DNA of 64,000 nucleotides from Mobula birostris (lineage: Eukaryota). The stretch spans positions 86,075,921 to 86,139,920 of the forward strand of contig NC_092383.1 of assembly GCF_030028105.1 (NCBI RefSeq), written 5' to 3'. Below are positions 1 through 12,075 of this stretch, one piece after another (the first letter of the stretch is position 1; the number at the start of each line of letters is the position of its first letter). Both the position numbers and the translations under genes were made by a program. The notes beneath the pieces were generated by a model. It searched no databases. It was not told where the DNA came from and saw only the letters and a program-made list of their open reading frames with translations.

Positions 1-758
1 GTTTTGTACCTTGGCCCCAGAGTAACGCTGTTTCAGTCTGTATTCATGCATATTCGTGTATGGTGGTTGATTGACAATAAAACTTGAACTATGAACCATG
101 AATATGTACCTATCTGAAATGAAATCTTTGAATAATAGAAATACCCAGTAGGTCCGACAGCTTCTGAAGAGATAAAAGTCAAGTGAATACTTCATAAATT
201 TGTTCTGATGGAATGTCAGAATGAGTGATTAACTGCTTCTCTTTCCTGAAGATTCACAACTGTTGACAACAAAGGGAAGTCCAGGGGACTGAATGTGATC
301 TATTTCCCATAAATGCATTTCAGTTCGAAACAAAACCCTTTCTTGATAATATCAGTTTATGAAGAAGAATCGGAATTGATTAGCATTGATTGGTTATTAG
401 AATAAAAAACATCTGCAGACATTTGAATCCATAGAACAAAGTTTAACCATGCAAAAAGGTATTAATCAGTTCAGAGGTATGTAAGGGTTAAATTTTTTGT
501 TGGGGTGATGAAGGAAGCATTGGGAAAACTGCCAGTATATTGATATCCTTGAGGGTAACATGTCAGAGAAGGAATTCAAAAATCAAAGTCACTGCCTTGA
601 AGGATGAGGACATTGTCTTGTAATTTTTTATCTTCACGGAGACAGCAGTTGAATTCTCACAGCACAAAGTGGGCGGAAAAACTAATATTTGTTCTTGATG
701 CAAAATTGCAGCATTCTTGATGCAAAATTGCAGCACAGTCAGTGTAATCTGGGAGTCT

Positions 759-809
759 TCACTTTACCTCCTGGACCACCATGCTGTGAGGATCAGATTC
801 TTCACGTCT
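759..809 (-). CDS. Short cytoplasmic-tail exon RREESDPHSMVVQE(VK*)
   Basis: gccttttccag| acceptor, phase 0, in frame with the TM exon. Ends either at GAG|gtaaag or by read-through GTA AAG TGA. Conserved in copy B. Confidence 0.6.
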   Translation of the reverse strand, partial: RREESDPHSMVVQEVK

Positions 810-875
810 CTGGAAAAGGCAATGATCAATCCATGAGATTTTTCGACAATGGGATCTCTGCTCTATTTCACTCAC

Positions 876-888
876 TACGAAATTCCGT
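876..888 (-). CDS. Candidate 13-nt micro-exon (TEFR)
   Basis: tgcttgtttcag| acceptor and |gtgagt donor conserved at 41221-41233. The downstream intron would be only 66 nt. Confidence 0.35.
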
Positions 889-1008
889 CTGAAACAAGCA
901 TTCCATACATTGACATCAAGCATTCTACACACAAGAGAGCATGTCAAAGCTGAGTTATATCATGAGCAGTATATTTGAAAGTGATTCCACTGATGTCCAT
1001 AAGCCTAC

Positions 1009-1099
1009 CTTAGTTACTCTTGTGAACCACATGACTGAACTGGTGCTGATCATCAGGAGAGCGAAGAGCAGCCAACGGCCCACCTGCCATATCATGAAA
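1009..1099 (-). CDS. Transmembrane exon with intramembrane Arg: (S)FMIWQVGRWLLFALLMISTSSVMWFTRVTK
   Basis: tcttcccctttgctcag| acceptor and AAG|gtaggc donor, hydrophobic helix, conserved in copy B. Confidence 0.8.
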
Positions 1100-1616
1100 C
1101 TGAGCAAAGGGGAAGAGATATAGAATCAGTACGAGGAAATGGGGCAGCGTTGTGTTTTAATCATTTGCCTCCTGATTCTGCTGTAATCTCAGTGGAGTAG
1201 AGTGAGGTAAAGCAGCTGAGCCGGGGGAGTTCAAACTGGAGACTAAACGTGTGTTCAACTGAGAGAGAGAAAATAACCTCTGATCGTCAGTTGCAGACTG
1301 AATTACTGGGACATGAATGCTGGGAAAATGAGGTCTGTGAATCAGAAATTGCAAAGTAAAAATAAATTTTGTGAAGGAAGAGAAAGAAATGGTGAAGTGC
1401 AGAGGTGCGACGATGATAAAGAAATATAATTGAAGGAAGTGGACACTGCCGTAAGGAAGACAGTGATAGAGTGCACATGGATAGATGTGAAAGATAATAA
1501 ATGACGCGTGACTGATGGTGAAAGGGAGAAGGGACGTGAAATAATGCAGACAAATTAGAATGATTAATATGGGGTTGTGGGGTGGAAATACATCTCTACC
1601 AGAGGTGTAAGGCCTG

Positions 1617-4100
1617 AAGACAAAGGAGCATTCATCTATCGAGTCTGCTCTGCCATTTCATCACGGCTGATCCCGGATTCCACTCAGCTCCATACACCTG
1701 CCTTCTTGCCATATTCTTTGATGTCCTGAGCAATCAGCAAACGATCCACTTCGGCCTTAAATATATACACAGACTTGGCCTTCACCACAATCTGTGGTTC
1801 AGCATTCTACAGATTTACTACTCTCTGGCTAAAAATTTCCTCCTTACCTCCGTTCTAAAGAGTCAGAGCTCAATTTTGAGGCTGTGCCCTCTAGTTCTGA
1901 ATACCCCCACCATAGAAAACAGCCTCTCCACATTACCCCTATCTAGTCCCTTCTGCATCTGGTAGGTTTGATGAAATCCCCACATATTCTTCTGAATTCC
2001 ATTTAGTACAGTCCCAAAGCTGCCAGAGGCTCCTCATATGTTATGTCCTTCATCCCAGGAATCATCCTCGTGAACCTTCTCTGGATTTTCTCCAAAGACA
2101 ACATATTCTTTCTGAGATATGGGACCCAAAACTGTAGAGAATATTCAAGTCCAAGTGCAGTGTGATTAGTGTCTTATAAAGACTCAACATTATCTCTTTG
2201 CTTTTATATTCTCTTCCCCTTGAAAGAAATAACAAAATTGCATTTGCCTTCTTTACCACAGTTTCAGCCTGTAAATTAACCTTCTGAGAGTCTTACACGA
2301 GGTCTCCTAAGTCCCTCTGCAACTATGATGTTTGAAATTTCTCCCCAGTTAGGTAACGGTGTGCACTATTGTTCCTTTTAAAAAAAGGCATTATCATACT
2401 TTTCCCAACACGGTAATCCATCTGCCACATTTTGTCCATTCTTCCAATTTGGACTAAGTCCTGCTGCAATTGCTTTGCTTCCTCAGCAGTAACTACCACT
2501 GCACCTATCTTTCTGCCATCCACAAACTTTTCCATAAAGCCATCAACTCCATTATCTAAATCATTGACAAACAATGTGAAAAATTGTAGTTCAATACTGA
2601 CCCCTGAGGAACACCTCTAGTCACTGGTAGCCAACCAGAAAAAGCCCCTCTTATTCTCACTTGCTGCCTCTTGCCGGTCAGCCATACCGCTATCCATGCC
2701 GGTAACTTTATTGTAACCCCATAGGATTTTACCTTGTTAAGCAGTCTCATGTGTGGCACCTCATCAAATGCCATTGAAAGTCCAAGTAAATGACATCCAG
2801 TCCCGCTCCTTTGTCGGTCCTGCTTGTTACTTCCTCTAAGAACTGTAATAGATTTGCCAGGCAAGATTTCCCTTCAGAGAAACCATGCTGTCTTTGACTT
2901 ATTTTATCATTAGACTCTAAGTACCTTGAAATCTTGTCCTTAATAATAGACTCCAACACTTTCCCAACCACCAAGTTTAGGCTAACTGACCTATGATTTC
3001 CTTTCTTTTGCATTCCTCTTTTCTTAAAGAATGGAGTGACAGTTGCAATCTTACATTCCTCTGGGACCATGCCAGAATCAAGTTATTCTTGAACGATCAT
3101 GACCAATGAATCTATTATCTCTTCAGAAACCTCTCTCAGGACTCTGGGATGTAGTCCATCTATTCAAGGTGTCTTATCCATGTTAAGACTTTTGACTTTG
3201 CCTAGCACTTTTTTCCTTTCTAATAGCAATGGCACTCACTCCTGCTCCCTGACACTCACGGACCTCTGGCACACTGCTAGTATCTTCCACAGTGAAGACA
3301 GATGCAAAGTACCTATTAAGTTCATTTGCCATTTCTTTGCCCCCCCCCCCCCCATTATTAGCTCAACAGCATAATTTTTCAGTGGTCGAATATCATCTCT
3401 CTCCTCCCTTTTACTCTTTATATAACTGAAAAAACCTTTGACATCCTGCTTTATATTATTGACTAGTCTGCCCTCATATTTCATCTTTTCACTTCTTATA
3501 GCTTCCTTAGTTGCCTCATTTTGGATTTTAAAAGCTCCCCGATCATCCAGCTACCCACTCACCTTTGCTACCTTATATGCTCCTTCTTTGGCTTTAATGC
3601 AGCCCTTAACTTCCTTTGTCAGCCACAGTTGCCTACGGCTGCCATTTGTAAACTTCTTCCTTTGTGGGACATATCTATACTGTGCCTTGTGAACTGTTCC
3701 CGGAAAATTCAGCCGTCTCTGCTCTGCTGTTATCCCTTCCGGTATCTCCTTCGATCCACCTGCACAAGCTCTTCTCTCATGCCTCTGTAATTCACTTTGC
3801 GATACTGATACATATGAGTCATGCTTCTTCTTCTCAAATTGCAGTGTGAATTCAATCATACAGTCGACCTTCACTAATCCCACTACCTGTATCCGGTTCC
3901 TTCGATAATCTGGCACTGATAATGCTTAACGTGATGATTTTGTAATTTGGCATTTTCACTAATCTGGCACTCCTTAGGTCCCAATGGTGCATGATTAGTG
4001 AAGGTCGACCTGTATTATGATCACTGCCTCCTAAGGCTTCCTTTACATTAAACTCCCTAATAAGATCTGAGTTATTATACAACACCCAATCTAAGGTGCT
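1617..4100 (-). mobile_element. Decayed CR1 LINE (RT and 3' end); orthologous copy at about 42221-45425
   Basis: Fragments QRQHGFSEGKSCLANL, GVPQGSVL and FVNDLD with multiple stops and frameshifts. Confidence 0.9.
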
Positions 4101-4129
4101 CCTTCCTTCTGCTAGTCTGTTGACCACCC

Positions 4130-4415
4130 TTGGGCAAGGTGTAGCATTTGCTTAGCTCTACAGATGAGGGTGCATGAAGCCATTGGACAGGTGCTGGATG
4201 GTCATATGAGCAGCTGGCTATGCGACCAATGATGCCGGGCAGACAATCTCTGAAGTGTCTTGATAATGGCTGGGATAACCTGTCTTATAAAGACACTGCT
4301 CATAAGGGGTCAATGGTAAACAACTTCTGTGGAAAAATTTGCCAAAAACAATCATAGTCTTGGAAAGACCATAATCATCCAAGTCATACAACACGCCACA
4401 AAACAAATGAATGAA
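4130..4415 (+). repeat. Unclassified interspersed repeat (SINE or LINE-tail like); orthologue at about 45460-45740
   Basis: Discrete block ending in (atga)n; family not identified. Confidence 0.35.
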
Positions 4416-4856
4416 TATGGAACTGAGAAAGATAATCATTGGTGATCAGGAAAACAATCTCATTATTCCTGGACTGGTGTTTATGTGGGGATGGAGGAAT
4501 TAGGTTCAACAGATTTCATAACAAATCCAAAAGCCAATAGAGAATTTGCAAATTGAAACAACTGCAGGATCAATCAACCAGAGCATGCATAAAAGCAAAA
4601 AGATGTTCAAACAATAAAATGTATATTATCGTGATTTAAAAAATGATGTAGGCATAAAACAAATTAATGCATTAGAAAAAAACAAATATTGAGTGGCTCT
4701 GCATAGAGATTTGGAAGATAAAGTGTGCAAGAAGAAGGGAGAAGACTCAGAATGCTTGGTCTCAGAGAACATTCAGCATAATATCAGCAAGGGCCAAACA
4801 TAGAACTAGCAATAAGAACATTGTACCATTAAGCAAAACTGAATCAAGTGATTTAC

Positions 4857-4893
4857 CTTACAGATGACACTGTTGTAAATGAATATTCACGTC
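4857..4893 (-). CDS. 37-nt stalk exon: (R/G)REYSFTTVSSV(S)
   Basis: ttccttgcctcaacag| acceptor and AAG|gtaaat donor. Phase 1 to 2 bridges the Ig exons to the phase-2 TM exon. Identical at 46709-46745. Confidence 0.7.
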
Positions 4894-6563
4894 CTGTTGA
4901 GGCAAGGAATGAAAATTCAGTCTCATGTGGATGTGTTTTCCAAATGTTGTCAAGCAGGAGTGCATGACGTCATATTTGGTAGATAAATGTCATTAACATC
5001 AGAGAGTTATACAACAGGATCACGTTTCTGTTCTCAATGACAAAGCAACTCTGGTTTACTACAAAATGCTGGAGGAGCTGGTCAGATCTGGCAGTATCTA
5101 CAGAAATGTATAAACAGTTGACATTTCTGATGAGGGTCTTAACCTGAAACATCAACTGTTGATTTCATTCATAGATGCTGCCTGACCTGCAAATTTCCTC
5201 CACAATTTTATATATGTTGCTCTTGCCGTCCAGCATCTGCAGAATCTCTTCTGTTTCTGTTCTAATATTGGTCAGACAAACGTCATTGAACATCGAAGAG
5301 TTATACCATAAGGGAACAGGCCCTTCAGCTCAACTCATTCACACTGACCAGCCTGAGCTCGTCGTTCCACCTGGTTGGATTAGTCCCATTTCCCTTTTCT
5401 TTATATGTGCTGGTATAGAAATCTTCTATTCATTTTTACTGTACCCATGGCTACCACTTCCTCTAGCAGCTCACTCCATATACCCACTGCCCTCTGTGTG
5501 AAAAACATGCCCCTAAGCTCTTGTTACATCCTTCCCCTCTCTTCCTCAAACTTTAGACAGAACCACTATAGAAAATAATACTGTCAACATTCACATTATC
5601 AATTCCCCTCATGAATTTTCATAATAAAGAATCAAAGTACATTCTTCGACTTGGAACACAGTTATTTGGAAATGCATCATACAGTTTCGAGTCCCACCTC
5701 TCTTGAGTTTTTGGTTTGTAAAGTAACCACTACATTGCCAATGACATAAAAATGTCTGGGTTGATGATGATATCAGGGCTCCTCAACTGTATATAGATAG
5801 ATGAATGTGGAGCCAAAACATGGAGAATGGGACAGTATGAGGTTATGTACCTCAATGTAAGGAACCTAAAAATAGACTGTTATCTACAGTACAGTATTAT
5901 AAACAAAACTGTAAATGAGTGAAAAAAGGCATCCAAGTGTCTTCTGAACAAATAGAAAAAAGTTCTTGCATGAGATTTGGAAGAAAAGCAAATAGTGCAC
6001 AGTCTTTTATTGTAAGAGGTTTGGAATTTTGATAGAATGAATTCTTGTTGCATTGCAGGCAGTGTTGTTGAGACCATGCCTGGAGTACTCTGTGTAATTT
6101 TATTCATTCAGTTTAAGGAAGGATATACTGATTGGAGGAAGTTCATAACAGATTTTTTGGGATGACACCTGACTATTGGACCCACAGCTCCAACCTGCTG
6201 ATTAAATTTGCCGACAACATTACACTGATTGGACTTACCTCAAATAATAACAAGACAGCCTACTGAGAAGAGTCATCACTCTGACAGAGTGGTGTCAAGA
6301 AGCAAACCTCTCCTTCAATGTCGTAAAAACAAAGAAGCTGGTTGTGGACTGCAGGAGAAACGGAGACAGTCTCACGTCTATTGACATCAATTGATCTGGG
6401 GCTGAGAGGGTAAACAGCTTTAAGTTCCTCAGTATACACATCACCAAGGACCAGCTCTATGGTGAAAAATGCACAACAGGACCTCTTTCCATAGAAACCA
6501 TAGAAACTACAGCACAGAAACAGGCCTTTTGGCCCTTCTTGGCTGTGCCAAACCATGTTCTGC

Positions 6564-9490
6564 CTAGTCCCACTGACCTGTACACGGACCATATCCCTCC
6601 ATACACCTCCCATCCATGTATCTGTCCAATTTATTCATAAATGCTAAAAAAGAACCCGCATTTACCACCTCGTCTGGCAACTCATTCCATACTCCCACCA
6701 CTCTCTGTGTGAAGAAGCCCCCCCTAATGTTCTCTTTAAACTTTTCCCCCCTCACCCTTAACCCATGTCCTCTGGTTTTTTTCTCCCCTTGCCTCAGTGG
6801 AAAAAGCCTGCTTGCATTCACTCTATCTATACCCATCGTAATTTTATATACCTCTGTCAAATCTCCCCTCATTCTTCTACGCTCCAGGGAATAAAGTCCT
6901 AACCTATTCAACCTTTCTCTGTAACTGAGTTTCTCAAGTCCCGGCAACATTCTGGTAAACCTTCTCTGCACTCTTTCAACCTTATTTATATCCTTCCTGT
7001 AATTTGGTGACCAAAACTGAACACAATACTCCAGATTCGGCCTCACCAATGCCTTATACAACCTCATCATAACATTTCAGCTCTTATACTCGATACTTCG
7101 ATTAATAAAGGTCAATGTACCAAAAGGTTTCTTTACGACCCTTTCTACCTGTGACGCCACTTTTAGGGAATTTTGTATCTGTATTCCCAGATCCCTCTGT
7201 TCCACTGCACTCCTCAGTGCCTTACCATTAACCCTGTATGTTCTACCTTGGTTTGTCCTTCCAATGTGCAATACCTCACACTTGTCTGCATTAAACTCCA
7301 TCTGCCATTTTTCAGCCCATTTTTCCAGCTGGTCCAAGTCCCCCTGCAGGCTCTGGAAACCTTCCTCGCTGTCTACTACACCTCCAATCTTTGTATCATC
7401 AGCAAATTCGCTGATCCAATTTACCACATTATCATCCAGATCATTGATATAGATGACAAATAACAATGGACCCAGCACTGATCGCTGTGGCACACCACTA
7501 GTCACAGGCCTCCACACAGAGAAGCAATTCCCTGCTACCACTCTTTGGCTTTTCCATTGAGCCAATGTCTGATCCAATTTACCACCTCTCCATGTATACC
7601 TAACGACTGAATTTTCCTAACTAACCTCCCATGCGGGACCTTGTCAAAGGCCTTACTGAAGTCCATGTAGACAATATCCACTGCCTTCCCTTCATCCACT
7701 TTCCTGGTAACCTCATCGAAAAACTCCAATAGATTGGTCAAACATGACCTACCACGCACAAACCAATGTTGACTCTCCCTAATAAGTCCCTGTCTATCCA
7801 AATGCTTGTAGATTCTGTCTCTTAGTACTCCCTCCAATAACTTACCTACTACCGACGTTAAACTCACCGGCCTATAATTTCCTGGATTACTTTTCGATCC
7901 TTTTTTAAACAACTTAACAACATGAGCCACTCTCCAATCCTCCGGCACCTCACCTGTAGACAGGGACATTTTAAATATTTCTGCCAGGGCCCCTGCAATT
8001 TCAACACTAGTCTCCTTCAAGGTCCGAGGGAACACCCTGTCAGGTCCCGGGGATTTATCCACTTTAATTTTCCTCAAGACAGCAAGGACCTCCTCCTTTT
8101 CGATCTGTACAGTTTCCATGATCTCACTACTTGTTTCCCCTAATTCCATAGACTTCATGCCAGTTCCCTTAGTAAATACAGACGCAAAAAACCTATTTAA
8201 GATCTCCCCCATTTCCTTTGGTTCCGCACATAGTCGACCACTCTGATCTTCAAGAGGACCAATTTTATCCCTTACAATCCTTTTGCTCTTAATGTACCTG
8301 TAAAAGCTCTTTGGATTATCCTTCCCTTTGACTGCCAAGGCAACCTCATGTCTTCTTTTAGCCCTCCTGATTTCTTTCGTAAGTATTTTCTTGCACTTCT
8401 TATACTCCTCAAGCACCTTATTTACTCCCTGCTTCCTATACATGTCATACAACTCCCTCTTCTTCTTTAACAGAGTTGCAATATCCCTTGAGAACCAAGG
8501 TTCCTTATTCCGATTTACTTTGCCTTTAATCCTGACAGGAACATACAAATTCTGCATTCTCAAAATTTCTCCTTTGAAGGCTTCCCACCTACCGATCACA
8601 TCCTTGCCAGAGAACAACCTGTCACAATCCACGCTTTTTAGATCCTATCTCATTTCTTCAAATTTGGCCTTCTTCCAGTTAAGAACCTCAACCCTAGGAC
8701 CAGATCTATCCTTGACCATGATCAAGTTGAAACTAATGGTGTTATGATCACTGCAACCAAAGTGCTCCCCTACACAGACTTCCGTTACTTGTCCTAACTC
8801 GTTTCCTAACAGGAGATCCAATATTGCATCCCCTCTAGTTGGTCCCTCTATATATTGATTTAGAAAACTTTCCTGAACACATTTTACAAACTCTAAACCA
8901 TCTAGACCCCTAACAGTATGGGAGTCCCAATCAATATATGGAAAATTAAAATCCCCTACCACCACAACCTTACGTTTCCTGCAGTTGCCTGCTATCTCCC
9001 TGCAGATTTACTCTTCCAATTCTCGTTGACTATTGGGTGGTCTGTAATACAATCCCACTAATGTGGCCATACCTTTTCCGTTTCTCAGCTCCACCCATAA
9101 GGACTCAGTAGACAAGCCCTCTAATCTGTCCTGCCTGAGCACTGCTGTAATATTTTCCCTAACAAGCAATGCCACTCCCCCACCTTTCATTCCTCTGCCT
9201 CGATCACATCTGAAACATCGGAACCCTGGAATATTAAGCTGCCAGTCCTGCCCCTCCTGTAGCCAAGTTCCACTAATTGCTGTAACATCATAATTCCACG
9301 TGTCAATCCACGCCTTCAACTCATCCGCCTTCCCCGCAATACTCCTAGCATTGAAATATATACACCTCAGAGGATTTTTACCACCACTCACAACCTTTCT
9401 ATTAGTGAATTTGCATGAACTTTTAACATCGTTTATTTTCACCCCAGCCACACTGTCAGCTCTGGCACTCTGGTTCCCATCCCCCTGCAA
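6564..9490 (-). pseudogene. CR1 ORF2 (APE-RT), disrupted
   Basis: Consecutive ORFs 9008-9490, 8645-8965, 7535-8632, 7077-7577 and 6564-7070. Confidence 0.9.
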
Positions 9491-9492
9491 AT

Positions 9493-10453
9493 CTAGTTTA
9501 AAGCCTCCCCAATAGCACTAATAAACCTCCCTGAAAGGATATTGATCCCCCTGTAGTTCAAGTGTAACCCGTCTCTCTTGTACAGGTCCCACCTGCCCCA
9601 GAAGAGGTCCCAATTATCCTGAAATCTGAAACCCTGCCCCCTACACCAGTTCCTCAGCCACTTGTTCATCCTCCAGAGCATCCTATTCCTACCCTCACTG
9701 GCACGTAGCACAGGTAGCGATCCTGAGATTACCACCCTCGAGGTCCTGCTTTTCAACTTCCTCCCAAGCTCTCTATACTCACTCTCCAAGACCTCCTCAC
9801 TCTTCCTTGCTATGTCATTGGTACCGATGTGCACCACGACATCTGGCTGATCACCCTCCCACTTCAGAATGTCATGCAATCGATCAGAGACATCCTTGAC
9901 CCTGGCACCCCACCCGGGAGGCAACAAACCATCCTGGATTCTCTGTCACAACCACAGAACCTCCCATCTGCACCTCTAACTATTGAGTCCCCTATCACTA
10001 CCGCTCTCCTCTTTCCCCCCCCCCCCTGCACTGCAGAGCCAGACTCAGTGCCAGAGATCCAGCTAGTGCAGCTTGTCCCAGCTCATCCCCCCCAACGATA
10101 TCCAATGCGGTATACTTGTTGTTGAGGGGAATGGCCACAGGGGAACCCTGCTCTGCCTGCCCTTTCCCCTTCCCTCGCCTGACAGTGACCCAATTTCCTG
10201 TCCTCTGCTCCTTTGACGTAACTACCTCCCTGTAGCTACGATCTATGATCTCCTCATTCTCCCGAATGATCCGCAGGTCATCCAGCTCCTGCTCCAGTTC
10301 CCTGACGCGGTTTGTCAGGAGCTGCAGCTGGATGCACTTCTTGCAGGTGTCGTTGTCAGGGACACCGGAGGGCTCCCTGACTTCCCACATCCTGCAAGAT
10401 GAGCATTCCAACATCCTGCCTGGCATTCTCTCTACACTAGACAACCTAAACAA
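9493..10453 (-). pseudogene. CR1 ORF1 (zinc finger plus esterase), frameshifted
   Basis: Split into ORFs 9998-10453 and 9493-9927. Confidence 0.85.
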
Positions 10454-11454
10454 AAAAACTTACCGGAACCTACCCTGGCCTCTGCCTGTTGAGCCAAAGC
10501 CGTCCCACTCTGACTCAGTCTACTCCAACGATGGCCGCTGTATATAGTGGTCTGCTTTTAAATCTTGGCACGCTACGTCACGTGCCTGGGCAGTGCAGAT
10601 CCTTCTCCCCGAGCAGTGTTAAAAAAAATGACTATTTCTACCCCAGTTCTTCCACTCCCTTCTTCAGCTGCTTGCTTCGACTGAAACAAGAACCGTTGAA
10701 ATTTTCTCTTTTTAAACCTTGGTGCGCTACGTCACGTGCCTGCACAGTGCAGACCCCTCTCCCCGAGCAGTGTTAAAAAGAAAGCGACTTTTTCTACCCG
10801 ATTTCTACCACTCCCTTCTTCAGCTACTTGCTTCAACTGAAAACGGTTGAAGAAGTTTGGCATAAGTCCCTAAATCCTAATGACTTTCTACAGGGGCACA
10901 ACTGAGAGCATCCTGACTGGCCGCATCACTGCTATGGATGCAAACTGTACTTCACTCAATTGCATAGTTTGGTGCAGACTGTCCAGCACATCTGTGGATG
11001 GGAACTCCCCACTATTCAGGACATTTACAGCGACAGGTGTGGACCCAAAGGATCTTTGGGGACCCAAGTCAACCCAATTACAAACTGTTCCACCTGCTAC
11101 CATCCAAGAAACGGTACCACCGCATTAAAACCAGGACCAACAGTCTCTGGGACAGCTCCTTCCACCAGGCCATTAGACTGATGAATTCACACTGATACGA
11201 TTGTATTTCTATGCTATATTGACTGTCCTGGTGCACATACTATTTGCTACAAATTACTATAAATTGCACATTGCAGACTCAGACGGAGATGCAACATAAA
11301 GGTGTTTACTCCTCATTTGTGTGAAGGATAAGGAACAGAGTCAATTCAATTGATTTTGGAGACTAAAGCTGACAAGGCCTTTTGTAGCTTCATAAAACTT
11401 TGGATAGATCACAACGAGAACAATAATATGTAGTTCTGTTTGCAACCCCGTAGA

Positions 11455-12075
11455 AAAATGCCTGTGAAATGTGTATCAAAGGCATGCAAGACAGCTCAAC
11501 CATTTCCACATGACTTGTCTTCGCAGAATATAAGGCATCAGATGGCAAAATAAAGTACCAGACACTGAAGTTCTCTCTAGAGCAAGTGTGCCATCAGTCC
11601 ACACACTGCTGATGAGAGCACAGAACCGGTGGGCAGGTCATGTCATCCGCATGCCGGACGAGCACATACCCAAGCAGCTCCTTTTCAGGGAACTTTCTGC
11701 TGGAAGATGCTCGCATGGAGGGCAGAAGAAATATTACAAAGACACTCTAGAGGCCTCCCTGAAGTCATTTGACATAGACATGACCTCTTGGGAAACGCTG
11801 GCACAAAACCGCCCTACATAGCGCGGCCTCATCCACAAGGGCTGTCAAGCTTACGGAGCCAGGCGCACTGCTGAAGCACAACATAAGCGCAAGCTGCACA
11901 AGTCCAGAGCCACCAGCACAACAACTGCAGTACCTACACATGTGTCCCCAACATGTGCCAGGACATTCCGTGCCTGAATTGGCCTGACCAGTCATCTTCG
12001 GACACACCACATCCAGTCTCAAAGTGACTAATGGTGTTGAGGTCTTCATCGACGACGATGAACGAAGCACAGAAG
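11455..12075 (+). mobile_element. RTE-clade LINE 3' fragment
   Basis: RWAGHVIRMPDEHIPKQLLF..GGQKKYYKDTL plus a C-terminal CPTC..H motif. Confidence 0.8.

Larger units (their letters stand above)
6490..10843 (-). mobile_element. Near full-length CR1 LINE, specific to copy A
   Basis: 5'UTR, ORF1 (Cys-rich zinc finger CSSC..CKKC, coiled coil, SGNH esterase VVVHIGTND), ORF2 APE (YFNARSI, LYYRPP) and RT (GVPQ, FADD), and (CATAGAAAC)n tail. Absent at the orthologous site near 48590. Confidence 0.95.
6180..11340 (+). mobile_element. Rex1/Babar-like LINE 3' fragment split by the CR1 insertion (6180-6489 and 10844-11340); uninterrupted at about 48290-49100
   Basis: LIKFAD...GLISNN...TKELVVD and FYRGTTESILTG motifs. 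Confidence 0.75.

Noticed and set aside
941-1123. Plus-strand 60-aa ORF conserved in both copies
   Set aside because: It is the antisense shadow of the TM exon; conservation is explained by the duplication.
1169-1258. Candidate exon EHTFSLQFELPRLSCFTSLYSTEITAESG upstream of the TM exon
   Set aside because: It has a good acceptor but only a GC donor in the wrong phase, and there is a 1-nt indel vs copy B.
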